64,000 nt of DNA from Antedon mediterranea (taxonomy: Eukaryota > Animalia > Echinodermata). The DNA lies in contig NC_092679.1 of the NCBI RefSeq assembly GCF_964355755.1, positions 23,605,432 to 23,669,431 on the forward strand, read 5' to 3'. The translations under genes were made by a program, and so were the position numbers. Below the pieces are notes generated by a model. The model ran no database searches, was not told where the DNA came from, and saw only the letters and a program-made list of their open reading frames with translations. Below are positions 13,187-27,403 of this stretch, in pieces (position 1 is the first letter of the stretch; each line of letters starts with the position of its first letter).

Positions 13187-13360
13187 TAATTGTATAAAGA
13201 AACGAATGTAGATAAAAAACAACTATGTAATAAAAAAGTGTTAATGGATTATATGTATAAAAAGAGGAAAGCAGTATTAGTAGAAATTATATATTAAAAC
13301 AAAATTATGAAAAATGTGATAAAATGTAACGAAATGAATACAACTTAAAAAAAAGCTTAA

Positions 13361-16205
13361 AGATGTATTGTCCCCCTGAACAAAAAAAAAATTTTTTTTT
13401 AAGGCCATTTTAATGATACATAAAAGTTATTCACTTTGAAAAAAAAATTGGATCAAAAAAAAAATTATTTACCTTAGAAAATCGTAATTTAAAGTAAAAA
13501 ATAGTCAACCGGAAGTCGGTTGGCTGGCAGCCAGCTGGCTTCCGGTTAAATTTAACCCTTGACCTGAATTAGCTTATGAATTATGCATATTGTATGATTC
13601 TTGTGCGTGTATGTGACCTCTAGGTCATCAGAAAAAAAATACGACGTGATATGGCGAGACGACGATGTGGGAAAGTTCTGTAGTTTAACAACAACAAAAA
13701 ACAACTCCTACTTGAAGAAAAGACTATGGCTAGGCCCTAACAGATTGGTAAGTAAGAACTGTAGTTTCTATGGTGCAGCTTTGTTAGTTAGTATAGGAAG
13801 CCTAGCTAGCCCATTACAGCTGTACTGGCTATCTAGTGTACTATCCCCTATCTATTGGCTAGGCCTAGAGTAGTAGCTAGTCTAGTAGTGGTAGTAGTAC
13901 TAGGCCTAGTTGTAGGCCTGAGTGAGGGTTCACCCTGAGTGAGTAGCAGGCCTAGCTAATACTAATAGATACAACTTGTAAGCCTTATTAATAGTTATTG
14001 CCAACCTAGCTTTAAATAGGATTAGGCCTATAACATTCATCTGTGAGCATGGAGTAAGGAATAAGGTTTTAGCATGGAGGTATAAAAATAAAATATTTTA
14101 TACCTCCGTGGTTTTATTGTGACTTGTGTGAATTTCGACACCACCAACTCGTCTTATTTTTAGTATAATATTATAATATTAATAATAGTCTTTAATTTAT
14201 CATTATTCATATCACTTTTCATTCATTTTAAAACATTTAATTTTTTTTTCTATGTAGAGTTTGTGATTTAAAAAAATTATACATAAGAGCAGCGAAACTC
14301 AAAAAGCGAAAACTTGTGAATGGCTGCCAAAAATAGAAAATAAGGTCACCACCAGGGCCAGGAGAGATTATGGTGCTTGGTTTTTCCTTCATGATTAATC
14401 AGATTTTAATGCTAATATAAATTTGTGAACATTGTAACTAGGCCTATACTGTACATCCAATAATGTAATTATTTTAGAGAAAATGACCAAATAATCTAAG
14501 TTGAATATTTTTTGGAATGTGTACTTTACAGTACTTAGTACCGTTATGTTGAAAATTCTTCCAAAGCAATAACGTTCAAACCAACATTCACACAATTAAA
14601 CTTTTTATGTACATATTTTAATAAATAATGTCTTTCTTTTAATAGGTATTAACACACTTGAATGAACAATATGAGCAAGTAGTGGAAAATGGTGAAGAAA
14701 TCAATACAAAATGTGGTAGCAACATTCACAATATTTATTTGAACGTTTCTTACTATGACACTTTAAAATGGATGAACAATCACAGAAGACAAGCTATTGC
14801 TGTAATGCCACAATCAACACATCAATTAATAGTTGAAAATAAATTGTCAACAATAATGCAGAAATTCAATGAAATATACTAGTAATTAACTCATTTTTTA
14901 CTGTACTGTACTGTACTGTAAATCTTCACACATTAAAATTATGGTGATTTTATCTCATGTACTGTAGTAGTATTTTTTATTTATTTAATGCTGTATACAA
15001 ATGTTATTGCTCTAATTATGAAAACTATACAAAATTTTAAAAGCTGGAAAACAACCAACACATTTGCCTAATGCTTTATGATAGTCATCCAATATTTATC
15101 TTGTGTTCCACTACCGAGTCTACTGCCAGTTGCCTTTAAAATGCTGTATGGGTGTAACTTCTGTTCCAGTCTTCATTAGCTTAAGTCTATAAATTGAAAA
15201 ACAATGATGTATAAATACAAAAGTCAAATAGAAAAGTTAAATATTTCACAATTTATTGCATACATATAATTATTATTTCTGTACATGAATCTGAAGTTTT
15301 CAATTTGGGGTACTAATGTACAGTAAGGAATCCCTGAAAAGTGCATCTCCTCCCTAAAAAAGGCCTAGTCTATTTTACTAGTGTTTTCGTTTTGGTTGCT
15401 ATCAACAACAATCTATTCTACCGTCAACTTCTTTGGTACTGTATGCTGATCATTTTCCAAATGTTCGTTTTTTGTCATCAGTTAGTCTTTTTTAGACTTT
15501 AAAATTAATTCGAGCTCCAAATGTATATCAGTGGTACATCAACATAGTAGGCCTATTTCCTGTAGCTAGTTGTGGAGTGATGGCTTAGCTAGGTGAGTAC
15601 GACATATAGGACCTAGCTAGGCCTCAAAGTGGGTTCCCGTCTACTTTTCTGACCCGATTATCTGCCTGCCTACAGCTGCCACTACACTACACAGTAGTAA
15701 ACTACAGTACTAACTAGGCCTAGGCCCTACTAGATAGTAGAAGTAGGCTTATATTATAGCCCTAGCCTAGATAGCTAAGCCTATAACTATACGCCAAAAA
15801 CTATTATAGGAGGATGTGTCATTCATCTAAAATAGAATTCTACTTACCAGCAAATTAACGGCAGAGCTTTTTACATCATACGATCAGGGAAACCCCAGCA
15901 CTTTCTTCTGTTCTTCGCACATGTTTGTTTACGTGGTGAACAGATCGGATCTCCCCTGTTTGGATACTCATTAACATATCATGCATATGTATGAGCTGTT
16001 AGCTAACCATCGTTATTTTGGCATTTCTGAACTTATGAGTTCGAAAAAATGGTAAACTTATTTTGATTTTTTATAAGCGAAATCAATATTTTTTTCGGAT
16101 TTTTTTTCGGCGAAAGTGAATAACTTTATTATAACTACAAAATGGTCTATTCAAAATTTGATTTTTTTCATCTTTATTTTTCATGTTTTGGGGGACAATA
16201 CAACT
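13361..16205. mobile_element. Non-autonomous Kolobok-type DNA transposon (2.85 kb)
   Basis: ttaa|AGATGTATTGTCCCC...GGGGACAATACAACT|ttaa; absent from the paralogous site at about 31597. Confidence 0.85.
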
Positions 16206-16576
16206 TTAAATGTAAGCAGATGATAAAACAAACATTATCAATAGAATAATAGGCAAAGTGTACTGAAATGAAAATGTTTTTAGAGAAAACTATATGTAAC
16301 GAGATAAGGAACTTATGTATGGAAAGATAAAAAAAAACATTAATTATAATAATGTACATTTTTATATATTTTTTACAATGATTTATTGGTCAAACTGTCT
16401 AATTATGAAGTTTAAACTGTAGTTCTAAAAACATTGACGGTTTATTTTAATCTACAAAATGTTTAATAATCAAGAAACCATGAAACTACTTAATGCAGAA
16501 TGTACAATTTAGATATACTTAAAATGATAAACAATTTAAAACTCCCAAATAACAATGATGATTTATTTCAATTTCA

Positions 16577-16886
16577 TTTTTTTTTTCTTTTGTTTCATAA
16601 ACAACAATTACAGAATCTCTAAGCATTTTCTACATTTTTTTCGTTATTTTCTTATTTTTATCCTTTATAATATTTGGCCTATACGTAGTACCCAATGTTT
16701 TCTTAATGTATATATTTGTTTTTTTCTACTACATTTATAAAATATATATATGTTTACATTATTTTCTGCATATTTTTTGTTATGTTATCTATTACAAAAT
16801 ATATTGCATATTAATAAAAAAGTTGTTTACTTATGAAACGTTTGTTAACTTATTTAAATCATAATTTGTGTGTCTATCAGTTTATA

Positions 16887-16924
<38 letters not shown>

Positions 16925-17785
16925 CAACACATTCACACACACCGTATATACTGTATATATAGAAATACATATACTACTGTATATATCAAATATAATATAT
17001 ACATATACACACATATATATCCATACATATACCCATACAATACAGACACATATGCATACAATTAACATTAAAACCAAGAACGATAAAAAATATATACAAA
17101 TATAATACATTAGACCTATATACACGGGCATAAAAAACCTATAAAAACTGTAATATACGCATACATACAGACAATATACTTTATTTTCATTAAAGCTTAC
17201 TGAAAAAAATCTGACAGTTTTTCTTTGACGTTAGCCCATTTTTTTCTAGCATTGATAATGTTACATGCGTATTCATTCTTAATTAAATTTAAAAGTTCTA
17301 TTCTGTATAGGTTTCATCGTTTATTGTACATTTCGTTTTTCAACGTTATTTATATGTTATACATGATTTATATATTAAAATCAAAAAACAGAAATTAATT
17401 CATTGATGAGTTTGCTATTTGTATTTCCAGTAACTATATTAGTCCAACTTGAAAAGTTGTGTTGTGTTTCGTTAACAGGAAAACACTTAACCATCATTGA
17501 ATCGAACTTTCTCCAGACTGGCTGAATTGTATTACATGTATAAAGCATATGTTTTTCCTTTTCTACTTCTATTTTACATTTTTGGCATTTATCACTATCA
17601 GCTAATTTCCATAGTTTCAATTTTTTTCTACATGCTATAATCAGGGAGTTGTAAAATAAGACAACTCCCTGCTATAATTATGTGTAGCAATTTAAAGTTG
17701 AATTGGGCAACTTTTACAATGTGTTTGGTGCTTTTTTTACACCATATTGTGTGCCAATTTAAATCGACACCAAATTCCTGTCCCC
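16577..17785 (-). mobile_element. 5'-truncated Tx1/L1-type LINE (CCHC zinc-knuckle C-terminus and 3' UTR)
   Basis: FNFKLLH and CQKC...EKHMLYTC..IQPVW motifs, poly-A end, 12-bp TSD atttcaatttca (16565-16576 / 17786-17797); absent in the paralog. Confidence 0.85.
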
Positions 17786-18767
17786 ATTTCAATTTCAATT
17801 TTAATAAAATTATAGAACTCACTAAACTTATATAATCACAAAAAAAAAATCACGAAATGATAGTTTTTCATACTTCAAATCATTAACATGATAATAATAT
17901 ATAATAACATAAAAAATAATATACACAAGAATGTTTATTATTTTTTTTTAAAAACTTACACTGTTATAAACTAAACTTTTATTTAATGAATCCATATTTA
18001 ATCAATAGGGAGTTTTTGATTTCCGACGACCGATGACCAACCTAGGTCAATCGTGTCGGTCGTGGACCTACTGTAGAGTTGTGGTTTGGTGGTTGTGATG
18101 CTCAGCTACCAATTCTAGTGGCTTGGGTTTAAGTCCTGTCATGTCAGTGTTTTTCTAATGACAATAAACAATTCCAAAAACTTGTAATAAGACTTTGTTT
18201 ATGTAGAGGATCTCGTGTGTATGCTTGTCTTAATTTATGTAGAGGATCTCGTGTGTATGCTTGTCTTGTCTTTCCGCTTCAACCTTGAATTAAATAGCCA
18301 TGTAATAGTTTCATGTGATATGACGTATAGCAAAAAACAACAACCATAAAACAGAATGTTGCTATAATAGTAGTGATAGTAGTAATAGTATACACTTTTA
18401 AAATGATTTCAATCATGTGACAGTTCGTTGTGGAAGTCGAAAATAGACAGGAACAAAAATAGTTTCTTCAAATTTGATAAAAATATACATAAACAATAGA
18501 TACTGTAGACTAACTAAGATATTACAAAGAAACAAAATGATATTTAAAAAAATAAGTAAAACAATTAATTTTGAAGTAATTCTATCTTTTTCTATGAAAT
18601 GCATTCGATATGATGACATTCCTAAAGCGATTATAATGAATTCTACTTTTTTCCGAAACAAATCTTTGACAGATATGACGTGTTAAAATATTGCAAACTA
18701 ATGCTTACTAAAGGATTTACGCGCCTTTTTTTATAAGAAAAAATGGCAAAAGCTTTTCGTTTAGGTT

Positions 18768-19888
18768 TTATCTGTCAGTATTTCTAGGTCTCATTTCCTG
18801 AAGCTGTATAACAACCACAGGTCGTGTTCGATTGGTATAAGCAACGTTTGGTTTCTTATCTTTGCTTAAACAAGTAAAGCAATAGTCGATAATTGTGTAT
18901 AGATAGGGATTGACCGAGGAGTTAATTGGTATGATGAACATTGCAGAAAAAACATATATTTCCACAGGAGGTACCCACCAATCCAGTTCAGCACCAATTG
19001 CCATCAATACAATAGGAAACCAGCAACAGAAATCTGTGAAAATGAGAAACCCTATTTTTACAGCAAGTTTGATATCTTTTTTTCTTCTTCGTTTTCTGTT
19101 AGCACCTGCTGATGAGCGCTTGATAGACACGAAAATGATTACGTAACTCACAGCGATGACGATAAAACCTAAACTGTCCGATGTAGATAGCAAAAGCATA
19201 CTCCCAGCCTGGCCAGTGGCTTTTTGATAACGGCAGTGCAAGGCACACACTCTTTACTCCATAATAATTATCCCCGAAATAATACCACGCCACGTCGTCG
19301 TCGAAGTAATAATACTTGTGTTTTATGACGTTTGCTACTTCTGGAAGAAAGCTGAGCACAATCCAACACACCCATGCAATTCCGATAATAATTCTACAAT
19401 TTCTGCAACTAAGACGTTTGGTACTAAATGGATAAGCGATGTTTATAGCACGGTCGATGCTTAAAAGAATTAGTGTAAAAACCGAAGACTGACCAGAGAG
19501 AGTAGCAATGGCACCAGCAAAACTGCAAAGAAAACTATCCTTCCAATCCGATTCAAATTGTGCGTATCGACCTCTATAATGCATATCTACACTTAAAATG
19601 ATAATCAAATAGATTACCATCAGCAGGTCCGACACGGCAAGGTTGGTGATGAGTATGGTTTGCACTTTATTAATTTCGTTATCATTACTTTTGTTGTTAT
19701 CCTTTTTACACTGTCGTGATATGATAACGACTAAATTTCCAGTAACTGCTGAAATTACAATAATCCACATCAATACCCGTATGTATTCACTTTCTAGTAA
19801 GTCTTCACATGAAGCAAATGGATCTACGCCAGGATAGCAATAATCAATGTCACCCACAATGGAACATAAACATGATAAATCCGCCCAC
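18768..19888 (-). pseudogene. 7TM exon of GRL101/RXFP-like LGR gene A, frameshifted
   Basis: ttatag|G TGG GCG GAT acceptor; SCEDLL, NLAVSD, SIDRA, FTDFCCWFP and PINSSVNPYLY motifs. A 5-bp deletion (TTCAA) at about 19177 relative to gene B splits it into two ORFs. Confidence 0.9.
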
Positions 19889-20484
19889 CTATAAGAGTAA
19901 AGGTTAACATAATAATAAATGTTTTATCTCTAGGGTAAACATACACTGCAAACTGGACTGGAACTTGTGGAATCATGATAATAAGTAAATTATATAGTCT
20001 AATGAGAAAATGAAATAATAAGATTTTTGTATCATTACTTCTCAAATAATGTAAAAAAAAAACAACCTACAACGTCGGACGGGACATTATGAATTTTAAA
20101 TGAATGTATGAAATTAATAAACAACATTTTAATTAATAGTTTATTATTATATATAATTGAGACATAACGTAACTATATTAATTTAAAAAAAAAAGGAATG
20201 CCCCTATGAATGTTTTGCTAATGAAAGTCTAACCTGGATGCACTGTGCTACAATGATTTCGAGAAATGAGCTAGTTTAACTAGGATTTTATGGTACATGT
20301 GCATCAATTCCGCCAACTCCAGTGGCAGTTATCACTGCTCGTGTATAACAATGGATAGACAAAGGCATCAACTTATATTCGAAAAAGTAGAGATGTATTC
20401 AAGCTATGATCATCTTGAACCCACCCTTTCAACAGATTTTATTCAATACTATTCTAAAACCGATTGCAATACATGCAACTTTAA

Positions 20485-21115
20485 AGGTGGGCTCCGGGAA
20501 TAAAATTTCCATTCTTTTACTTGTAATAATTGTCTTATGAGAGGTGGAAATTGTAATTGGCAAAATGAATGTGAAGGCTCAATGCAAGAACAAGGCTGTC
20601 AAACTTTGCCCAGCTAGGTAATTAGTGGTATTATCAAATTACACAATGGTAAAGGATAGGTCATTTTGTGTGTGGACCAACTTTCATGACTTGCATTAAA
20701 TAACTATACAATAAAACATAGAAATGAATAGCTATCCTCATACAATTTTGACCAATATTTACATTTATAATGGCCATTTTTTTTGGTTGTGGCCCAATTT
20801 TCAAATAGCAAAAATTACAGTAGCTAAGGAGTTTGTTTTCTATCCAATTTGAATCAGCTCATAAAATACATCGCGAGAGAAAACCAATGAGACCTCCATG
20901 GAATAAACATTGTACAACTAGACAAAACACAATGATATTATTACATTTTGTGATAATTGTCCAGTATAACAAATGTTGAAATGACAGGGCATGTTTTAAA
21001 AGGCTACTGAGAAGAAATGGATATAATTTGAGCAAAGTTAGGAGGCTCATTCTAGTAGCCAGGCTTAGCCTAGCTAAGTTAAGCATAGCCTAGCCAAGAC
21101 CAGGGCATGTTTAGC
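20485..21115. mobile_element. One-ended Kolobok-like fragment
   Basis: ttaa|AGGTGGGCTCC begins exactly where homology to gene B stops; no matching right TIR found. Confidence 0.45.
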
Positions 21116-21125
21116 ATCAGTAGAG

Positions 21126-22203
21126 GGGTGTCACGAAACCTAAGACCACGAAAGCTCAGACCCCTAAGACCTAAGATCACGAAAGCTAAGACCCAACACC
21201 TAAGATTACAAATACTAAGATATACTACAGCTTAAAAACAATACTTGTTTATCCATACATAATTTTAAACACAGTAGGTTTCATTTATTACCATAAATAT
21301 AATTTAATACTACCGCAAAACATAGATAAACTCACATTATTTTCGCCCGTTGAGTAAATGTATATTTTTTACTTTACAACAAACAAACTTGACGGGTTGT
21401 TTGTTGGTATATATTTACTCCATTGTGTTGGTTCAGAGGATGTTTTTCTTACGCACCTGCCTTTCTTGTATTTTGACTCCAAATTTGTTGACTAACTTTA
21501 TCCTGAACACCACACTTTAAAATTAGGACTTATAAGTACTTTCAGAAGGAGAAACACATAATAACAAATAAATAAATCCTTTAAATTGATGATTTTACAG
21601 ATGTGTTTCTTTGTATACTGTAATGTAACTCCTCGAGCTCCCACCATGCTCAATGTTTTTGTTTCTATGGAGCGCCAAAAGAGCAACAATAATAGTACAA
21701 GCATAAAAACAGAAAGAAAACGAAACAAAAAACTTATCATGATTTTTAAATTAAAATTTATTTGCCAGTATTTATTTCTTCGTACTTGCATGATTATACT
21801 ATTATCATTACAATTTTAATTTTACATTGTTCCATCCACACTGTAGATGAACTCCACAGAGTTTTCAGCCCTCTATATAATTTTTGCTCTTTTGACGTTC
21901 CATAGAAACAAAAACATTGAACATGGGGTAGGCCTACTGTAGTACTGTATGCTAGTCATTCTGTGTGCGAGAAAAACGTCTGTAAAATCATCAATTTAAA
22001 AATGTATTTGTTACTTTTTATGTGATTCTTTTTCATGAAAGTGCCAATTCTAATGTGTGGTATTCAGAATAAAATGTTGGGAGTTAAAATACAAGGCAGG
22101 TGCGAAAGATAAATATTTGTAATCTTAGGTCTTGGGTCTTAGCTTTCGTGATCTTAGGTCTTAGGGGGTCTGAGCTTTCGTGGTCTTAGGTTTTGTGACA
22201 CCC
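21126..22203. mobile_element. Mutator-like foldback MITE
   Basis: TIRs GGGTGTCAC...GTGACACCC with subterminal AAGACC repeats, 10-bp TSD atcagtagag, and an additional internal inverted segment (21450-21680 vs 21890-22110). Confidence 0.85.
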
Positions 22204-22239
22204 ATCAGTAGAGGTATCATATACCGATACCGATACGCT

Positions 22240-25200
22240 GCCAAGTTAGAATAATCCACCTAGTGAATATTCCTTAAATTTTATAAATGTTGATGTAAAT
22301 ACCATTAAAAGGAAGCTTTATAATTTGCCAGAAAAAAATTTAGATGTTTTAGATTTTGATAGTGAATTGTTAAGGTTAGCAGCTCCATACATTGCTTATC
22401 CATTGTGTCATATTGTGAATCTCTCTCTCAAGTCTGGTCTTGTCCCAGCTGATTGGAAAGTAGCAAGGACAACTCCTATATATAAAGGAAAGGGTAGTAA
22501 AGACAGTACAGACCAATATCTGTCGTTGCTCATATCGCAAAGATTATTGAGAGAGTGGTTCAGGAACAAATCATTTCTTTTCTTCAATTCAATTCATCGA
22601 CATTTTTATTCCATAATCAAAATAAAAACATATACAAATACAATACAAATAATAAGATAATGGAATGGGATACAAAATAAGCACAAGTGCTTTAAGCATG
22701 TAACCCTAACAAAAAGATCAAACAATTAGTACAAACAAAAAGAACAAACCAAAATAACATAATGTGATTTACTTAACTTAAATATTTCTATTGTTATAAT
22801 ATTGCTTTAATCTCTGTTTAAACAAACTTAAAGTGGGGGATTGTTTTATATAGTCTGTTAAATTGTTCCAAATATGTGTTCCTTGGTAGGAAATACATTG
22901 CTGTCCGACTTTGGTGCGTTTTAGTTGTGGACAGTAGTTTGACCTGTTTCTAGTTGAGTAATTATGGAATGAGGCAGATGTACTAAATAAGTTATTAAAT
23001 GATTCAGGTAATAGATTATGTTTATATTGATACATAAATATAGCAGTGTGTTTCGTATAAAGGTCAAACATATTTAATGTTTGGGTTGAAATAAAAAGTG
23101 GATGAGAAGGATGCATAAAATGAACATGACAAATATTTCTAAGTGCTTTTTTCTGGAGAATATGTATACGGTTTAAGTTTGTAGCAGAAGTAGCACCCCA
23201 TACTGTGATAGCATACGTTATTCTAGGTAATATAAGTGCATTGTATACCGTTAACAAGATTTTACTTGATAACATAGACTTCACTTTGTTTAAGACACCA
23301 ATTATTCTAGAAATACTGTTTGCTACCTCATTTACATGAAAATTAAACGATAAAGTTTCATCCAGAAATAAGCCTAGAAATTTAACTTCAATAGCTTTTA
23401 CTATACATTCATTTCCCATCCTCAATTCTAGTGAGGTAGTGTCAGCTGACTTATTTCTAGCCTTAAATATAACAAATTTTGATTTGTTTACATTTAGCGT
23501 TAATTTGTTAGCAATAAACCAGTCCGAAAGTATAGATAACTCCTGGTTCATTGTATCAAAAGCTTGAGTAATATCATTGTGACTATAAAACACATTTGTG
23601 TCATCTGCATACATAATCATGTCTACATGGTTACATGCTAGACTAATATCATTAATGAATATAAGAAATAATAATGGACCCAATATGGATCCCTGAGGAA
23701 CTCCAGTGTTTACTGTCATTTTACTAGAATGCAGTATTAACAATAAATTTGTATTGTAGTCTTTTTTAAAGATAGTTTGAGAACCAGTTTAGCGGAACTC
23801 CTCTTATACCATAAAATCTTAACTTATCTAATAATATATCATGATCGATTGTATCAAACGCTTTTGATAAATCAAGGAAAACTCCTAGTGTGAACTCTTT
23901 ATTCTCAATAGCGTTTGTGATTTTTTCAATCGTTTGTATTAAAGCATGACTAGTTGAATGGTGTTGTCTAAATCCATACTGTGTTTTACTCAGTACGTTA
24001 TATTTTGAGAGGTAACAAATCGTTTGATCATACACAATCCTCTCAAATATTTTGGAAAAAAAGGGTAAAATGGAAATAGGCCGATAATTATTTATATCGG
24101 AGATGTCACCATTCTTAAATACCGGGATAACTTTAGCAATTTTTATATCAGCCGGGACACAGCCCGATGATAATGACGTATTAATAATATGCAATAAAGG
24201 TTTTAAAATAAACGGGGAAGCAGATTTTATGAGTTGGGCACTTATACCATCATGGCCAGGAGAAGTATTTTTTGTGTTTTTAATATAGTGGTTAAGTTCA
24301 TGTTCAGTAACAGGCTTAAAAAACATTGAAGAGGTAAAATTTCTTAGTTTCTTAGTTTGTTTGATTTAATTAACATTGATCAATTTGCCCTTTTGAAAAA
24401 CCATTCTACTGTAACATGCTTGCACAGAGTAGTTGATGATTGGTAAGAAGGTTTTAATGACTCAGAGGTCGTCGGCGCTTGTTTAGATATATCCAAGTGC
24501 TTTGACACGATAGATCACTCAATTTTGTTATTTAAGCTTTACAAATATGGTTTCCATGAAAATGTTGTTTACTGGTTTAGTAATTACTTAAAAACAGAAA
24601 ACAGTTTGTATACTGTAACAATAACAAATCTACACTTAAGGAAGTGTCCTGGGACCCATCCTGTTTCTCATTTTCATAAATGATATTTCGCAGTCTATAG
24701 TAAATGGAACTTGCAGCGTTTTTGCTGATGATGTTGTGGTTTACACCTCAGGTGATACTGCTAAGATAGTAAATGATTCATAAAATAATTATTGATAACA
24801 TTGGCAAATGGTATGATGACAACCACCTCTCTATAAATACAGAAAAAACAAAGGTTATGTTACTAAGAAACAATCATACAGCTGACAGTAATGATTTAAA
24901 TATACAAATTGGAACCAGTTTAAGTAAACCGTTACTAGAAACTCTATATATAAGTACAATTTAGCCTTGTAGTGATTATGCTATAACAGTCTGGGGAAAT
25001 ACGATAGAGTTAAACAAAAATATTTTAAAGCGACATAAAAAAAGAGCTGCTCGAATTGTAACTAACAACTTCGATTATATTAATGTAAGGGGTGACAACA
25101 TCATCCAGAACCTATCGTGGCAAACTCTTGAAGAGAAACGAGATTTCTCCCTAGCATGTCTAATGTATAAATGTGTTTACGGCATTGCACCAATTAGATT

Positions 25201-25777
25201 AGTAAATGAAATTTCACACCCACTTAACACGTGGAGTAGAAAATTTGAATTTAACAATACATAAATACACCCTTAGTAAAATGAATTCGTCCTTTAAAGT
25301 TGCAGGCGCAAAAATATGGAACAGTTTACCAATTGATATTAAATCGGCACCAACAATTACGTCCTTTAAGGCTAGATACAAATCTCATTTCTTTTCATAA
25401 ACACTGTATTATATTTAATTAAGTTTCTCTTTTGTATATTTTGATTAAGACAGGACCACAATGTAAAACAGATACACTGTTATCTGATTGTTTTATCCTG
25501 TATAAATATATTATTCACACCCACTTAACACGTGGAGTAGAAAATTTGAATGTAACAATACCTAAATACACCCTAAAAATGAATTCGTCCTTTAAAGTTG
25601 CAGGCGCAAAAATATGGAACAGTTTACCAATTAATATTAAATCGACACCAACAATTACGTCCTTTAAGGCTAGATACAAATCTCATTTCTTTTCATAAAC
25701 ACTGTATTATATTTAATTAAGTTTCTCTTTTGTATATTTTGATTAAGACAGGACCACAATGTAAAACAGATACACTA
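22240..25777 (+). mobile_element. Degenerate CR1/L2-group LINE, interrupted by another LINE, with its 3' about 300 bp tandemly duplicated
   Basis: WKVARTTPIYKGKG, DISKCFDTIDH, FADD and WNSLP motifs; 25215-25515 is repeated at 25515-25777. Confidence 0.85.
22575..24340 (-). mobile_element. 5'-truncated CR1/L2-group (Crack/Daphne-like) LINE, RT region
   Basis: [36 protein letters not shown] and YADDT motifs; one frameshift; 3' stem-loop and short-repeat tail. Confidence 0.92.
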
Positions 25778-25836
25778 TAGCAACACATAGTCGGTAGATA
25801 TAAGGTAAAGAAGACAATTAACGATAGGCTACTTAC

Positions 25837-25954
25837 AGTCCTTTAACTGAAGTATAATTGTTATACTCGACAAGCTGTGCATGTTTATGTTTATTCCATC
25901 CGGTACATTGTACGCAATGGTGCTCTAATCCATTACAAGTTGGTCGACAATAAA
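25837..25954 (-). pseudogene. LRRNT-like exon of gene A: (V)YCRPTCNGLEHHCVQCTGWNKHKHAQLVEYNNYTSVKG(L)
   Basis: tttgacag|TT...CT|gtaagt; phase 1 to 2; aligns with the gene C exon (WNxxxHxQLVE). An alternative acceptor at 26043 would be out of frame. Confidence 0.7.
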
Positions 25955-26100
25955 CTGTCAAATAACCAGAGTACAAACACGTCCACCATGGAAATTATAA
26001 ATACAAGATATTGGGCTTCTTGCATTGGGCAGGAATAAGTAGCCTTAAAATGAAGTATACAGATAATAAACTAATACAAATTAGTATTAATACTAATAAT

Positions 26101-26856
26101 ATTTACCATTCATTATGATCATTTACCATTCATTATGATCATTTAACATTCATTATGATCATTTAACATTCATTATGATCATTTAACATTCATTATGATC
26201 ATTTAACATTCATTATGATCATTTAACATTCATTATGATCATTTAACATTCATTATGATCATTTAACATTCATTATGATCATTTAACATTCAGTATGATC
26301 ATTTAACATTCAGTATGATCATTTAACATTCAGTATGATCATTTAACATTCAGTATGATCATTTAACATTCAGTATGATCATTTAACATTCAGTATGATC
26401 ATTTAACATTCAGTATAATCATTTAACATTCAGTATAATCATTTAACATTCAGTATGATCATTTAACATTCAGTATGATCATTTAACATTCAGTATGATC
26501 ATTTAACATTCAGTATGATCATTTAACATTCAGTATGATCATTTAACATTCAGTATGATCATTTAACATTCAGTATGATCATTTAACATTCAGTATGATC
26601 ATTTAACATTCAGTATGATCATTTAACATTCAGTATGATCATTTAACATTCAGTATGATCATTTAACATTCAGTATGATCATTTAACATTCTCTATGATC
26701 ATTTAACATTCTCTATGATCATTTAACATTCTCTATGATCATTTAACATTCTTTATGATCATTTAACATTCTTTATGATCATTTAACATTCTTTATGATC
26801 ATTTAACATTCTTTATGATCATTTAACATTCTTTATGATCATTTAATATTCATTAT
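26101..26856. repeat. 20-bp tandem array (atttaacattcagtatgatc), 37 full units
   Basis: Direct inspection; variants occur in contiguous blocks. Confidence 0.97.
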
Positions 26857-27041
26857 CTAAAAACTTGTGTATAAAGTTGATCAAAATTTGATTATATTAA
26901 CATCATACTCATAATAATAACTGGTAAATAATAAAAGGATAACATTAAAAGAAAACTGTGAAATACTGTTAATGAAAGGTTTGTTGTTTAATTAATTAAA
27001 ATAATATAAAAATATAGGCTATTCAAGTGAATCCAACTTGA

Positions 27042-27197
27042 AGCTCTGTCTACACTATCAAACTATCTTGATAAGAAAGGTGTGATGTGCCTAAATATGA
27101 GAGTGATATGCTTAAATATGGTAATGATATGACACCATCATGTCTATATATGGGCACACTGTTTTGTCACATAAAGTTTGATAGTGTAGACAGAGCT
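27042..27197. mobile_element. PIF/Harbinger-type MITE
   Basis: TIRs AGCTCTGTCTACACTATCAAACT; TSD degenerate in this copy. Confidence 0.75.
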
Positions 27198-27403
27198 TTT
27201 GGTACCAGCAGCACAAGATATAAAGGGTGAGGAATAGTGGTTGGCCGTAGAGTTAAAACTAAAGTATTTCTTAATAGGGGTATTTCCTGAATAATGGTGT
27301 CCGATTGGTCTAAATTAAATTTCTAAGACAGCTCCCTAAATATCATATTATTATTATTATATTATAATTAATATAATATATTAAGAAAGTAATGCAATCG
27401 TAC

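Larger units (their letters stand above)
11390..20484. repeat. Segmental duplication copy 1 (gene A 3' region), paralogous to about 30830-35066
   Basis: Collinear, near-identical sequence from gaaccatctcgctctacacc to tacatgyaactttaa, apart from TE insertions. Confidence 0.92.

Noticed and set aside
26101-26856. CRISPR-like array (also 30229-30858)
   Set aside because: No unique spacers, no cas genes, eukaryotic context; these are plain tandem repeats.
27203-27335. Possible extra exon of gene A
   Set aside because: Stop codons in all three frames and no recognisable domain.
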